Assembly (NCBI GenBank): GCA_965235115.1
Contig: OZ249439.1
Coordinates: forward strand, 13,702,001 to 13,766,000
DNA from: Laetmonice hystrix
Taxonomy: Eukaryota
Length of the DNA stretch: 64,000 nt
Direction of reading: 5' to 3'
Below are positions 50,597 to 64,000 of this stretch, piece by piece. Position numbers and translations under genes: made by a program. The notes under the pieces were generated by a model. It did no database searches. It was not told the DNA's origin and saw only the letters and a list, made by a program, of their open reading frames with translations. Positions within the stretch are counted from its first letter, which is position 1. Each line of letters begins with the position of its first letter.

Positions 50597-51253
50597 GTAG
50601 TAGTTCGGAAAATGGTCTATTGACCATGCTGACATATCAGACACCGATAGCAGCGGAGATTAGAATTGCCGCACCCGTGAATTCAACCAATCACATTTTT
50701 CCAGCCATCTTTACTCACCAATCAAAATCCATAAGGAATCAACGTTTCTAAAGTATGAGAATAGATGAAAGTTGACTCTGCCTCAAATTTGTATATGCCA
50801 GGCTTATCTTATTAAAATAAACTTCGGATTTATAACAAAGTAGGCCTAGCCTATTTCATAGAAGCGGTGCTATACGTACCCCAGGGCATTACTATCCTAG
50901 ACTCAGCTGACTTCAAAGATCGGGAAATGTAGCTTTTCTATTCCCACATTTCTTATTGTCAATTGGTTCAGCATTTGCTCATTATTACGTATAAGCATTT
51001 TATATATTTGGCCTACTCGTCAGTCATATTAAGACTAGGCCTAATAAAAATGATATATTAATTTTATTCTTTTCGTGACCTTTCCAACTCATCCCTCCTG
51101 TTATTTTATGGGGGGAAATAATCCTATATAAAAAAGTTCACTCAGCAACTTAAAAGAATAAATGAGAAATGAACCTATTTCGATGATACTACAGCATTTC
51201 TATCAGATACCTGTGTACCTGTGCGCACACACTGTCGGTGGTCGCGGCCCGTT

Positions 51254-51269
51254 TAGCGCCCCCTCTCGG
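51254..51269 (-). promoter_or_regulatory. CTCF-like motif
   Basis: Reverse strand CCGAGAGGGGGCGCTA. Confidence 0.4.
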
Positions 51270-54200
51270 CATCACTGAATCGGTGAGACGCGAGCGAATG
51301 CACAAATCCGAACCCCACACCAGTGACATCTGGCGGGGAAGAAAACAACTCGGCTACCTTTCCACCCGCATGTTTAGAAACGTGATATGTGAATGGTGGA
51401 GACAACTCCGCCACCCATACAACGTCGACGTGAATAGCCTGTATCAGTTACACGTGAAAGATATTTCAGGCCCAACGTTACGCCCTTTGAGATTTTAATG
51501 ACAAAATTCAATTGAATACTTTGGTTGTGGACCTTAGCCCCCGTATTGTTTAACGCTGTCGTTTAATCGATGGTGAACCCGATTCTCCTGATAGCCTGAC
51601 CCTAGACTATAGGCCTATTGCACACTGGCTACATTGAGATGTCAATCACTCACGGTCACACCCCGACTATTGTGTCGTTATGACAACGCCTTCAACGCCT
51701 TCTTAGATCTAAGTCAGTTCACAGATAGATCTGACATCAGAGGATAATTAGATCTACAGTGACCGGCGGATCGCAATCAATCAATGTTGATATAACAAGG
51801 CCTATATAAATTGAAAACAAAACAAATATATAAGTGTTAACTGATTCTATTCTCTCACTGCCCCAAGATTTGCCGTGTTCGCACATCGAGAGCTGCGTCC
51901 ACAGATCTAGAAGGTCTGATGTCGAGTGTGCAGGCCATGTTGGCATCAACAATGGCCACTAGAGGGCTACAGTCAGGGCTTTCACGGGACTGCATATTGT
52001 TCTCACCAGATGGCTCTCCTGTCTCTGGATCAAATACAGTGTATCTCTACATTAATATAATTGTGTGTGCTGTGTTACGTTTCGAATTTATCAACCATGC
52101 TTTAAACATTGTTAAAAACTTATTCTGAGTAGGCCTACTCGGTAGTCCTACTGAGTGGGGGGGGGGGGAGGGGGCTTGTTCCGGGTCCTTCTGATAGCAT
52201 CAATAAAAACCACACCACCAAATCCGATATGGTTCTTTGCACATTTATCGATGGTTGGTTACTCTTTCTAGGAAACATGACTGAAAATGTATCTTCTAGT
52301 CTTCTGCTTGCCAACTTGACTCAAGATTTTTCCCAACGTAATCGTGATGACTTCTAAGTTTAGATTTTGTTCGCATCAGGAAATGTGTAGGAGTGCGTTG
52401 GGTCACCTTTCTTTGCGATCGAAACAAACTTTTAATGTATACATATTAATGATTCATTCTACGAAAACAAAACTTTTACCGAAGAAAGGGATGGAAGTAA
52501 AAATGTCGCCCTTTTGTTAGAAACATTGATTCTGAGTTTGGAAAGTCGAAGTTTTCAACGGTTTAGACTGCAGACGACAGTTGGACATTGATTGAGCTGA
52601 GCTCTGGTCGTGGACCGATCCCTGGACACGCCCCTCGACCGGTCGGTCTGCCCCCGGCGGGCGGCTGGCCAGTTCGTTCTCCACGGGGCCATGTCCAGGG
52701 CCAGGCGGGCCGCCTCACTTAGGACACGATATCACTGAATCAGCCAGGGCCCTGACTTTAACAACACCAGTTTGAGAAATTATCTGGGTCACATCCGCCT
52801 CCCGGTCCCGCCCACCTTGCTCACGGTGGTGGTGGTGGTGGTGGTGGTGGAGGGGCCACCACCTCACCACCACCACCACAGTCCCGTGATCTCGTCTGTC
52901 CATTAAGCCAGACCACCACTGCCCGGACTGGCCCGGTGTCATCAGTGACCGTGGCAGGCCTACAGGCACACCGCCGGCTGTCAGGGCGAGCTGGCTGGCT
53001 CACCGCCACACCCTGCTTGCCACACCTGCCCTGCCACACCCCGCTCGCCAAACCTGCCCGACCGCCGCACCTGCTCAACCACAATCCACCACACACCAGG
53101 AAAAGGTTCTCTCACCTGAAACGGGTCCCTTTAAACCCCCAAAATGGCACAACAAATAAATTTACCCCTCTTTCCCTTGTTAATAACGTTGAACATCCTC
53201 ATTTGGCTAGCAAGACAACATATTTTGGGCCCGTGAGTCTCTAATAAATTCATGTGTTACTGAAAAAAGGTTCTTACGATTATAAATTACTTTTTAGTCG
53301 CAGGAAAACAAAGAACATCAAATGTCACATTATTCACAAACCGATAATTATGCAATTACACAAATTATTAAGTAATTACGAATGAGTGTAAACAATGTGG
53401 ACGTATGACCGGGGGAGGGCGGTATCAGATACAACCTATCCATCACTAGCATACAAATTCTAAACCCAATCTCAGTTAAAAGGACGAAGGGGAAAACAGA
53501 CATATACAAGGTTAAAAATGGGGGAGGGCTTGCTTATAAAAATCTTGGGGTCATCATTATCCACTCTTGGTGTGGGCTAGGATAGCTGGTACTGGGACCA
53601 TTGGGAGGGCCGCGTCATCTAACAACAGAGGATCCCCGACATTGAGACAGGCAAATCCATGTCACACACTTGTAACTACCATCTCTATCTATAGGTCCTT
53701 ATGACCGCTGATAAAGTGAAAGTCCCTTTCTTACCATTCTCTCATCAGGTCTACCGGTCGACCTCGAGTACTTTGTCAAAAGTCTCACCGGCCTTCTAGC
53801 TCCCCCCATACACACCCACCCCTCTCCGACCAGCCTTGTCCTGTGTACCAAGTAGAACAGCACCCCTCCCCCCATACCACTCTGGCTCTGCTGGTGGCTC
53901 GTCTTTCCTGCCTGTTCACGTAACACGGGTCAGTTGTCTGTCACGTGTAATTAGATCCTACCCCTCCCCTGTGAGGGTACGTGAACTACCCCGGACAGGT
54001 AGTGCCGCGGTCACTGGATCAACCCACTAACTTTGACTAGTCACATCCACCAACACTGGGCTCCACTCCCAATGTGGTGGAACATGTTGTAAATACCGAT
54101 GTAATCTTTGAGTCCATACGTGAGGATATCACTGACCTCTGGAGTGGAGCCACGCCCCTCCACCTCTTAACTAATGATTCCCAGTGAAACAGGTTTTACT

Positions 54201-54529
54201 AATCGTAATCACAATGCCAGGTTTTACTAATCGTGATCACAATGCCAGGTTTTATGGGTATAAATCTGCTCTGAGGAAAACGTATGGGACACGACCACCA
54301 ATAGATCTCTACATCCTGTTTCTGTTTGCGTGGTTGGAGATGATCCCCCACCACGCCGGTGTTACGTCACAAATAGCAAGAGTCGGTAAAAACAGAAACG
54401 TTCAGAATGCCTTTAAGGCCTGCACCCGCATCAGTAGTTAACCTGGCCAAGAATGGACATTGACACACTGACGCGCACTTTGACGTCTCGATGAATCGTG
54501 AAACACAGGAGTGCACAGTGAGAAACTGA

Positions 54530-57500
54530 GGGCCCGTTGGGAGTTCAGTGTCCCCCGACTCCTCACACAGTACACGTTTATACACTGACCACTGAGGGCT
54601 CGTTGGGAGTTCAGTGTCCACCGACTCCTTACACAGTACACGTTTATACACTGACCACTAAGGGCCCGTTAGGAGTTCAGTGTCCCCCCCCGACTCCTTA
54701 CACAGTACACGTTTATACACTGACCACTGAGGGCCCGTTAGGAGTTCAGTGTCCACCGACTCCTTACACGGTACACGTTTATACACTGACCACTGAGGGC
54801 TCGTTAGGAGTTCAGTGTCCACCGACTCCTTACACGGTACACGTTTATACACTGACCACTGAGGGCTCGTTAGGAGTTCAGTGTCCCCCGACTCCTCACA
54901 CAGTACACGTTTATACACTGACCACTGAGGGCTCGTTAGGAGTTCAGTGTCCACCGACTCCTTACACGGTACACGTTTATACACTGACCACTGAGGGCCC
55001 GTTAGGAGTTCAGTGTCCACCGACTCCTTACACGGTACACGTTTATACACTGACCACTGAGGGCTCGTTAGGAGTTCAGTCAGTGTCCCCCGACTCCTTA
55101 CACGGTACACGTTTATACACTGACCACTGAGGGCTCGTTAGGAGTTCAGTGTCCCCCGACTCCTTACACAGTACACGTTTATACACTGACCACTGAGGGC
55201 CCGTTAGGAGTTCAGTGTTCCCCGACTCCTTACACGGTACACGTTTATATACTGACCACTGAGGGCTCGTTAGGAGTTCAGTGTCCCCCGACTCCTCACA
55301 CAGTACACGTTTATACACTGACCACTGAGGGCCCGTTAGGAGTTCAGTGTCCCCCGACTCCTTACACGGTACACGTTTATACACTGACCACTGAGGGCTC
55401 GTTAGGAGTTCAGTCAGTGTCCCCCGACTCCTTACACGGTACACGTTTATACACTGACCACTGAGGGCTCGTTAGGAGTTCAGTGTCCCCCGACTCCTTA
55501 CACAGTACACGTTTATACACTGACCACTGAGGGCCCGTTAGGAGTTCAGTGTCCCCCGACTCCTCACACAGTACACGTTTATACACTGACCACTGAGGGC
55601 TCGTTGGGAGTTCAGTGTCCCCCGACTCCTCACACAGTACACGTTTATACACTGACCACTGAGGGCTCGTTGGGAGTTCAGTGTCCCCCGACTCCTTACA
55701 CAGTACACGTTTATACACTGACCACTGAGGGCTCGTTAGGAGTTCAGTGTCCCCCGACTCCTCACACAGTACACGTTTATACACTGACCACTGAGGGCCC
55801 GTTAGGAGTTCAGTGTCCCCCGACTCCTTACACAGTACATGTTTATACACTGACCACTGAGGCCCGTTAGGAGTTCAGTGTCCCCCGACTCCTCACACAG
55901 TACACGTTTATACACTGACCACTGAGGGCCCGTTGGGAGTTCAGTGTCCCCCGACTCCTCACACAGTACACGTTTATACACTGACCACTGAGGCCCGTTA
56001 GGAGTTCAGTGTCCCCCGACTCCTTACACAGTACACGTTTATACACTGACCACTGAGGGCTCGTTAGGAGTTCAGTGTCCCCCGACTCCTTACACAGTAC
56101 ACGTTTATACACTGACCACTGAGGGCTCGTTAGGAGTTCAGTGTCCCCCGACTCCTCACACAGTACACGTTTATACACTGACCACTGAGGGCCCGTTAGG
56201 AGTTCAGTGTCCCCCGACTCCTTACACAGTACACGTTTATACACTGACCACTGAGGGCTCGTTAGGAGTTCAGTGTCCCCCGACTCCTCACACAGTACAC
56301 GTTTATACACTGACCACTGAGGGCTCGTTAGGAGTTCAGTGTCCCCCGACTCCTCACACAGTACACGTTTATACACTGACCGCTGAGGGCCGTTAGGAGT
56401 TCAGTGTCCCCCGACTCCTCACACAGTACACGTTTATACACTGACCACTGAGGGCTCGTTAGGAGTTCAGTGTCCCCCGACTCCTTACACAGTACACGTT
56501 TATACACTGACCACTGAGGGCTCGTTAGGAGTTCAGTCAGTGTCCCCCGACTCCTCACACAGTACACGTTTATACACTGACCACTGAGGGCCGTTAGGAG
56601 TTCAGTGTCCCCCGACTCCTCACACAGTACACGTTTATACACTGACCACTGAGGGCTCGTTAGGAGTTCGGTGTCCCCCGACTCCTCACACAGTACACGT
56701 TTATACACTGACCACTGAGGGCTCGTTAGGAGTTCAGTGTCCCCGACTCCTCACACAGTACACGTTTATACACTGACCACTGAGGCCCGTTAGGAGTTCA
56801 GTGTCCCCCGACTCCTTACACAGTACACGTTTATACACTGACCACTGAGGGCTCGTTAGGAGTTCAGTGTCCCCCGACTCCTCACCCAGTACACGTTTAT
56901 ACACTGACCGCTGAGGCCCGTTGGGAGTTCAGTGTCCACCGACTCCTCACACAGTACACGTTTATACACTGACCGGTGAGGGCCCGTTAGGAGTTCAGTG
57001 TCCCCCGACTCCTCACACAGTACACGTTTATACACTGACCGCTGAGGCCCGTTGGGAGTTCAGTGTCCCCCGACTCCTCACACAGTACACGTTTATACAC
57101 TGACCGGTGAGGGCCCGTTAGGAGTTCAGTGTCCCCCGACTCCTCACACAGTACACGTTTATACACTGACCGGTGAGGGCCCGTTAGGAGTTCAGTGTCC
57201 CCCGACTCCTCACACAGTACACGTTTATACACTGACCACTGAGGCCCGTTAGGAGTTCAGTGTCCCCCGACTCCTTACACAGTACACGTTTATACACTGA
57301 CCACTGAGGGCTCGTTAGGAGTTCAGTGTCCCCCGACTCCTTACACAGTACACGTTTATACACTGACCACTGAGGGCCCGTTAGGAGTTCAGTGTCCACC
57401 GACTCCTCACACAGTACACGTTTATACACTGACCACTGAGGGCCCGTTAGGAGTTCAGTGTCCCCCGACTCCTTACACTGTACACGTTTATACACTGACC

Positions 57501-57982
57501 GCTGAGGGCCCGTTGGGAGTTCAGTGTCCACCGACTCCTCACACAGTACACGTTTATACACTGACCACTGAGGGCCCGTTGGGAGTTCAGTGTCCCCCGA
57601 CTCTTCACACAGTACACGTTTATACACTGACCACTGAGGGCTAGTTAGGAGTTCAGTGTCCCCCGACTCCTCACACAGTACACGTTTATACACTGACCAC
57701 TGAGGGCTCGTTAGGAGTTCAGCGTCCCCCGACTCCTCACACAGTACACGTTTATACACTGACCACTGAGGGCTCGTTAGGAGTTCAGTGTCCACCGACT
57801 CCTCACACAGTACACGTTTATACACTGACCACTGAGGGCTCGTTAGGAGTTCGGTGTCCCCCGACTCCTCACACAGTACACGTTTATACACTGACCACTG
57901 AGGGCTCGTTGGGAGTTCAGTGTCCACCGACTCCTCACACAGTACACGTTTATACACTGACCACTGAGGGCTCGTTGGGAGT
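54530..57982. repeat. Minisatellite, 65-66-bp unit x~52 (largest array)
   Basis: Unit GTTAGGAGTTCAGTGTCCCCCGACTCCTCACACAGTACACGTTTATACACTGACCACTGAGGGCTC. Confidence 0.98.
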
Positions 57983-58181
57983 TTGGAATTCACAATGTTC
58001 CCCCAGCCGTCACATAGTACACGTTTACACAGAAACAGGACCTACAGATATGGACACAAAGAAAGTCACTCAAATGGGACCAGCGAGAATGTCAATCTTG
58101 TGAAAAACAAAACATTCTAACATCCTGGCAAATCAAATACTTAGCTATAGTAACCAACTGTTGGTAGCCGGATGAACTCAC

Positions 58182-58295
58182 CTGTGTCTTGTTTTCATTG
58201 AGACCAATGGCTTCGGTGAACCGTCTCTGGCAGTCTTTACAGGGGGCAGCACCGTCGCTGCGGACTTCTCCCTCAAAGAAACCACACTGCTCACA
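58182..58295 (-). CDS. Unidentified gene D, exon CEQCGFFEGEVRSDGAAPCKDCQRRFTEAIGLNENKTQ (CxxC-x14-CxxC)
   Basis: TTTTCTGTTGCAG acceptor and GTGAGT donor, 114 nt (phase 0-0), in frame with the 59856 exon. Confidence 0.75.
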
Positions 58296-59011
58296 CTGCA
58301 ACAGAAAATTGTGTCCCTGTTTTTACAATCAAATCAACACTATAATTATTTGCAACAAGAAGCTATTTAAGTGGTCTTAAATATTGGCCACCCATGTCAA
58401 TTGACCAATAAATTATCGCAATTCACAAACTATATCATTGCGACATCGGTGCATATTTACTTGACCTTTGCAGAAATCACTGAAGCAAGTTAATCGATTC
58501 TAGTGCCTGCGCGCAGACACACCCATCCATGCCCGCAGTTCCAGACGATAAATACACCTAGCCTCATTTTTTATCCGAGTTAGTACTGTTTGTTTATTAG
58601 CGAGCCCCAGTCTCAGCGAAAGAAACCTCACGCTTGCATCCACCCTCGCTTTAGTCCGGTTAAACCTTCTCAAATGTGGCAGAAAGAGAGGGCCACGGTT
58701 CTCTTAGCCAGTCTTTGCGGATCACCAGGTCCCCAAGATCACAGGTCCGACGGACCCGTACCACTAGCGATGGTGGCCCTTAGGTATACGATATATTTAT
58801 CATTATAAATAGATGTATCCTACATAATATATAACTTGAAGACTGCGGTCCTGTATTACCCCGGACATAAGGTCCGCAGACTTACATTCCGCCTAAGTGG
58901 ATACCTTCCACTCGCCTGGACTGCCTCAACTCTCCAGGTACCAGTGTTTTAGAGTATTATTTCTGGGTTAAATCTGAACAAATTGTTTGGGTCACGCTTT
59001 TAATTGATAGG

Positions 59012-59452
59012 AACTACTCCCATAGTCAGGCCCTGATAGGAACTACTCCCATAGTCAGGCCCTGATAGGAACGGAACAACTCCCATGGTCAGACCCTGAT
59101 AGGAACTACTTCCATGGTCAGACCCTGATAGGAACTACTCCCATGGTCAGACCCTGATAGGAACTATACTCCCATGGCCAGGCCCTGATAGGAACTACTC
59201 CCATGGTCAGACCCTGATAGGAACTACTCCCATGGTCAGACCCTGATAGGAACTACTCCCATGGTCAGACCCTGATAGGAACTACTCCCATGGTCAGACC
59301 CTGATAGGAACTACCGGTACTCCCATGGTCAGGCCCTGACAGGAACTACTCCCATAGTCAGGCCCTGATAGGAACTACTCCTATGGTCAGACCCTGATAG
59401 GAACTACTCCCATAGTCAGACCCTGATAGGAACTATACTCCCAAGGCCAGGC
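59012..59452. repeat. Minisatellite, ~29-31-bp unit x~14
   Basis: CCCTGATAGGAACTACTCCCATGGTCAGA. Confidence 0.95.
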
Positions 59453-59855
59453 CCGGTATTATGGCTGAGGTACTCGTCTCTACCCCATGCTTTCATTACC
59501 TCACAGAAGGAGGATTGGTACAACTAGAGTTACATTTTTGTCGCTAGGTTTAGCTTGAATTTATGCACTTCTGACCTCTGATAAACCTTACTATTGTAAC
59601 CGCTAAATCATTAAAAAACATACCGACGGCTATGGAAGAACATTATTTAGCCTTTGTCACGAACGTAAGTGATATAATTATTTACGTCACTCTTCAGATA
59701 ACATCCATGGAATATGGCCAATAGGATCTTTATGGAAGCATGACTTTTGATCTGACCTTTATGGCACCACAGTGAAACAGTTACGGCCCACAGCCCGTGG
59801 AGATATGTATGTATGTATGAGAGCGGAGAATGATTTGTGAATACAGTACCTTTAC

Positions 59856-60587
59856 CTTGGGAAGTCCTCGGTCTGGGGTGGCCCTGCGGTGCCCGCCGTT
59901 GGTCAGTTCCACCGGTAGAGGGCAGTCTGAAATATCCTGACCTGTCAGGCTGACCGCCACTGTAGCTCGTGTCGCTGACCTCGCCATGGGGTACGACAGA
60001 CTGCCGATTTGTGACATGGACCGTGTCGATAGGCAATTCGGCTGTATCTGGGGTTTCTTCAACGACCGACAGGTGGCGCCTGATCCTTGGTCGCCGCCAC
60101 GGTGGAGGCTACGGTGGAGGTTTACTTTCTGGATCGTGACAGGTTCGTCATCGTCAAAGTCATCCGCCTCATCATCACCGCTGCCCGTCCGTCCCAAACT
60201 ATCGCCAGAGTCGTTATCTGAATCTATGCCCTTACCATTGTACAGTTCAAGTTCCTCGCTCGAGGAGTCGTCATCACATTCTGGTTCCCGTTCCGATATT
60301 TGTGGGGCCTCTGACGTTAAATCCACTGTCAACTTGTGATTTGGTTGCCGGGTAACGCATTCAACATCCATTTTGTCCTCAGCAGTATCTTGTACTGAGC
60401 AAGTTTTCTGTTTCATGACATTATCCAGCTCTGTCACGTCATTCTTTAATAAATCAACCGTTTTAAAGTTGTTGTTGTGATTGTAAAGTCGAGATAATAC
60501 TCTGTTCAGTTTGACACTTTCTTGAACTGGTCTACTTCGTGTTTGATCTTGGAGTACGTTAATGCGACAGTCCAACATGGTCAGGTT
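59856..60587 (-). CDS. Unidentified gene D, large exon (244 codons) with an acidic Asp/Glu/Ser-rich disordered region
   Basis: TTTTGTTTTTCAG acceptor and AAG|GTAAAG donor; non-repetitive open frame NLTMLDCRINV...DRGLPK, phase 0-0. Confidence 0.85.
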
Positions 60588-63371
60588 CTGAAAAACAAAA
60601 ATAGGAGAACAAAATCACCTGCTGTAACTCAGTAGAGAGAGGGAGAGAGATACAGAGATGTAGGCAGAAAGAGAGACAGAGAGAGAATCAACTAAATACT
60701 TGTCTTACGCTTGAGCCAGATTTTGAGGTCACGTGACATGGGTTTGTCTATAAGTTAACACACCAAGGTCGGGTTTTTAAATCACGGCTTTCCTTATTTA
60801 ACATACGGTTCTCGGACTGGATCATGGAATTGGGAGTTTGGCTTCGCAAAGAGAGATATGATTAAGAAATGTTCATGGATTATGGTATTTAGGTTCTCTT
60901 AGAGACAAGGGTCACATCTCAAAACCAGGATCATGGCGCCAGGAATCAGGGGCGAAGTAGGCCTAGTCTCTTTGCCGAACTTGATGTTTTCGGCCACCGC
61001 ATTGTTAAGTCTGCCCTAACGGACAGTTCTTGCGCATGCATGTACAATAGCACTTCTGAGGGAGCAAAATTACCTGTTGCAACATCAGAGGGCCTGAATA
61101 ATGTGGGCATACCAAATTCCCACTAAATAGCCCACATTTAGTACCCCTGCAGGGGGCCGAGCGACGTCCCGGCCTGGGCCTACCTTTGGGCTGCTCGGGG
61201 ATTATGTAGGGGCGCCACCATCCATGTGAAAGGAGAATGGCCTCTAGCCAGCTTCGCCTCATTTCACTGCATGGTTGACACTTCACGTCACAACCAAGGA
61301 CTGCAACTCTAGCTTCACGTAAACGGCTCTGGCTATGCATGGGGCACCGTATAAGCCTATTTATTAAGTAGCCTACTTTCTCTTAGGTTCCAGAAAAAAA
61401 AACCAGTTTGCTTGTTTTCCTAAAGTTATGATTCGGGACAATATAGCTTCTCGAAGGGAGTTGACTGGATCCTGACTACCGGAGATGGTTGGTTACCTGT
61501 ATTGAGGAAAGTTTTAATTTATGCGAGGTCACTCAGAGGTCAGATGATGGATCGATATACCCGTCCATTGAAGTATGGTGCAGGAAGACCCAACTCGACC
61601 TATTTTTCTACTTACACTTACACTCACTCAGGTCTGTAAATTGCGTGCAGTTTGTGCCAAGGCATGACTAAAACATAAACCATTGACTTTGACGTTTATA
61701 ACTTCACACATCTCTCACCTCCAGGTAGCCACAGAGCGAATAATTGAAGATAACATACTCCTTATTATCTTATTAAGAGAAAAAAGATCTAAAGCACCTC
61801 ACCATACCGTTCTGCCCCGATGTTTTTTGACAATCATTGCAATACGTGACTTCCAATTTGAATCTTCTCTACCGTTCTCGAAGTGCTCACCTTTAGTAGC
61901 ATATTTTGACAGTTGACGGTGACCTTAACAATATCTGGTCATCTTTAAATTTATGAAACTAAATATACAGTTATAATGATAACGAGACAGCTATTATGAA
62001 AACCAATATACCTTTTCATGAAGCTGTTTTGACAGGGAGTAAAGAAACATATATGACGTCAACAGGAGCATAATTTATTTGGTAAACAGAATATCGTTTT
62101 CTGTTAAATAATATGGGGGTGCAGTATTGCATGTAGTCTACCTCCAGCGTGTAGGGGGGGGGGGAGAGGCGACAGGGCAGGGGGAGGTGGTGGTGGTGGT
62201 GGGGGGGGGGGAGGTGGGCGGTGGCCCCTACACCAGAACCACCGCGCCACGCCACACCCAGCTCTGACACACATCCCGCCCGGGGAATATAAACACAGCT
62301 TTCCGCCTGCTCGCGGGCCGTGTGACACACCTTTGTGACACTTCTATTTCAGGCCCATTCTAATGCACGGCACACTCTCAGCACCACCAGCTCCACTGCC
62401 TGCCGCACACCTACCCCACACCCTTCCCCTCGCCATTCCAAGTCTGCTGTCATTGTATTCTGCAGGTAACCCAGCCAAATCCTTGTAAGACTGCCCTCTG
62501 AAGGCAGGGTCATGGAGACCCGAGGACAGGTACAACCAGGCCCACGGCCCACCACCAACACTGCTTGACCTAGTTGTAACTGGCTCTTATAACATCATTA
62601 TAGGGATCAAAAACTTAATCAACCCGTAAGTGGCGAAATCTGATGATCTGTACGGGGATACGAACGCCTACAATATACACGTGGACGCACAACATAGATC
62701 AGACGTACATACGGTCACTAGTTCACTGTCCCAGGGTCTGAAGATATCGACACGCCCAGAGAAAAGTTATGCAACAATAAAAATATATTCTACATAACTA
62801 CACAATACAGCCTTAACTTAACCTATCAGGTAATTCCACCTTAACAAAACAAAAAAAGGACGAAAAAACAACAAACAAGGACGACGGGACGAACTGAGAG
62901 TGCTCCACTTTAAGAAGCTATAAAAGATAAAAATTTGTTTCTTTCATTCGGCGATCACTATCGTGGTGATCACAAGGCGTCCGTACACATATAATCCTGG
63001 AGATATTCAGTAATGAAGACATTAACTTTACCGATTGCTTGTGTCAAACCACTGTGAGATGTCCTTACCCACTGAGAAATCAATGACCTTGACTTTAGAT
63101 CCCCGTCCTCCGTTACTCTGGCTGGTGGGTGGTATCCCATGTTGATTGATAACGACACATTAATTAATATTTCCTCACCTACGGACTTTACACTGCGACC
63201 AAATATTGCTGTTACAATGTCACATTATGGCAAAATTCACTTTCTTTCCCAAAGAAAACAGAAGGACTTTTCTCGGAGGCAGTTCCCCATCTGAAGCTAT
63301 CTCTCCATGCTGGTGGTGACTGTAGTGACCGGAGCCTGTGACCTATTGTACTAATAACATCAACTACCTAC

Positions 63372-63535
63372 CTGGTTGGACTTCACAGTGTTATTGTTAT
63401 CCGAGTCTTGGCCTGCCAGTTGGGAAGCATTCAGCTTGTCCACACTGAAAATATACAAAATGTATTTGACGTGATTCACTACGTCCTTGTTGGACCTTGA
63501 CGTAAGTGATGAGTTTACATCAGTTACCAGGCTGT
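63372..63535 (-). CDS. Candidate upstream exon of gene D (...VDKLNASQLAGQDSDNNNTVKSNQ); internal alternative acceptor at 63444
   Basis: CTCCTCTCAG and TTTTCAG acceptors, CAG|GTAGGT donor in phase 0 matching 60587, frame open throughout. Confidence 0.45.
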
Positions 63536-64000
63536 CTGAGAGGAGAATTAGTGCCTTATAAAATATGACACAGGGTCCTGGTGTATTGCGTATGGGATAG
63601 ACACGCCATTCTTCATGTTTTGCTGCTAAATGGAAAATTGACTATAAACGCCCCACACAAATCTAACTTGCCTTGGAACGTAATTTTAGAATGTATTTTA
63701 GAATATTTTATTGCAAGTCTATTACTGACAATGGCACAGAAAACACCAACATGGGCGATTAACCTTTCAACGACTGATTGAATCAAACTTTTCCATCTAT
63801 TTAAACATAAATGTTATTAAGGGCATTCCTTAATTTGTACGCATGACGCAAATAAACGTTCTTTCTATCTTGGCGCAGAATCCTGGACCATTAGAACGAA
63901 CCACGTCACATCGCAGTAAGGTCAGAACTTCTATGCCCGAAAAATACACCAAATCCAAACGTACTATTTCAACTGACAGCTAAAGTTCTATACTGTAAAT

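Noticed and set aside
54438-57993. CRISPR-like regular array and Cys-containing repeat ORFs (SPQWSVYKRVLCEESGDTELLT)
   Set aside because: No unique spacers, no cas genes, eukaryotic context; frequent 1-4-bp indels break the frames

Overview
Eukaryotic (metazoan, probably invertebrate) genomic DNA with GT-AG spliced genes and two assembly gaps; nothing prokaryotic is present. Four genes were reconstructed by hand from splice phases. (1) A small ankyrin-repeat gene on the - strand (~2.0-2.9 kb). (2) A complete 6-exon ankyrin-repeat + SOCS-box (ASB-family) gene on + (9466-15552, 525 aa, ~12 ANK repeats, MGQAVT N-terminus). (3) A Kruppel-like factor of the KLF3/8/12 CtBP-recruiting class on - (exons 27328-27211, 23226-23151, 22879-22656, 22311-22139; first exon not found). 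(4) An unidentified - strand gene with a large acidic exon (59856-60587) followed by a CxxC-x14-CxxC exon (58182-58295). About 15 kb (~24%) of the window is 16 unrelated minisatellite arrays (16-79 bp units); they explain nearly all long ORFs in the track and are not CRISPR or real CDS. Also present are two TTAA-flanked Kolobok-type MITEs, a foldback element, a tRNA-derived SINE-like duplication, and CTCF, RFX, CRE and E-box motif clusters. I found no clearly new biological system. The best leads are arrays that mimic splice sites or KLF sites inside host introns, a possibly myristoylated RFX-driven ASB E3 adaptor, and the orphan C4 zinc-motif protein.
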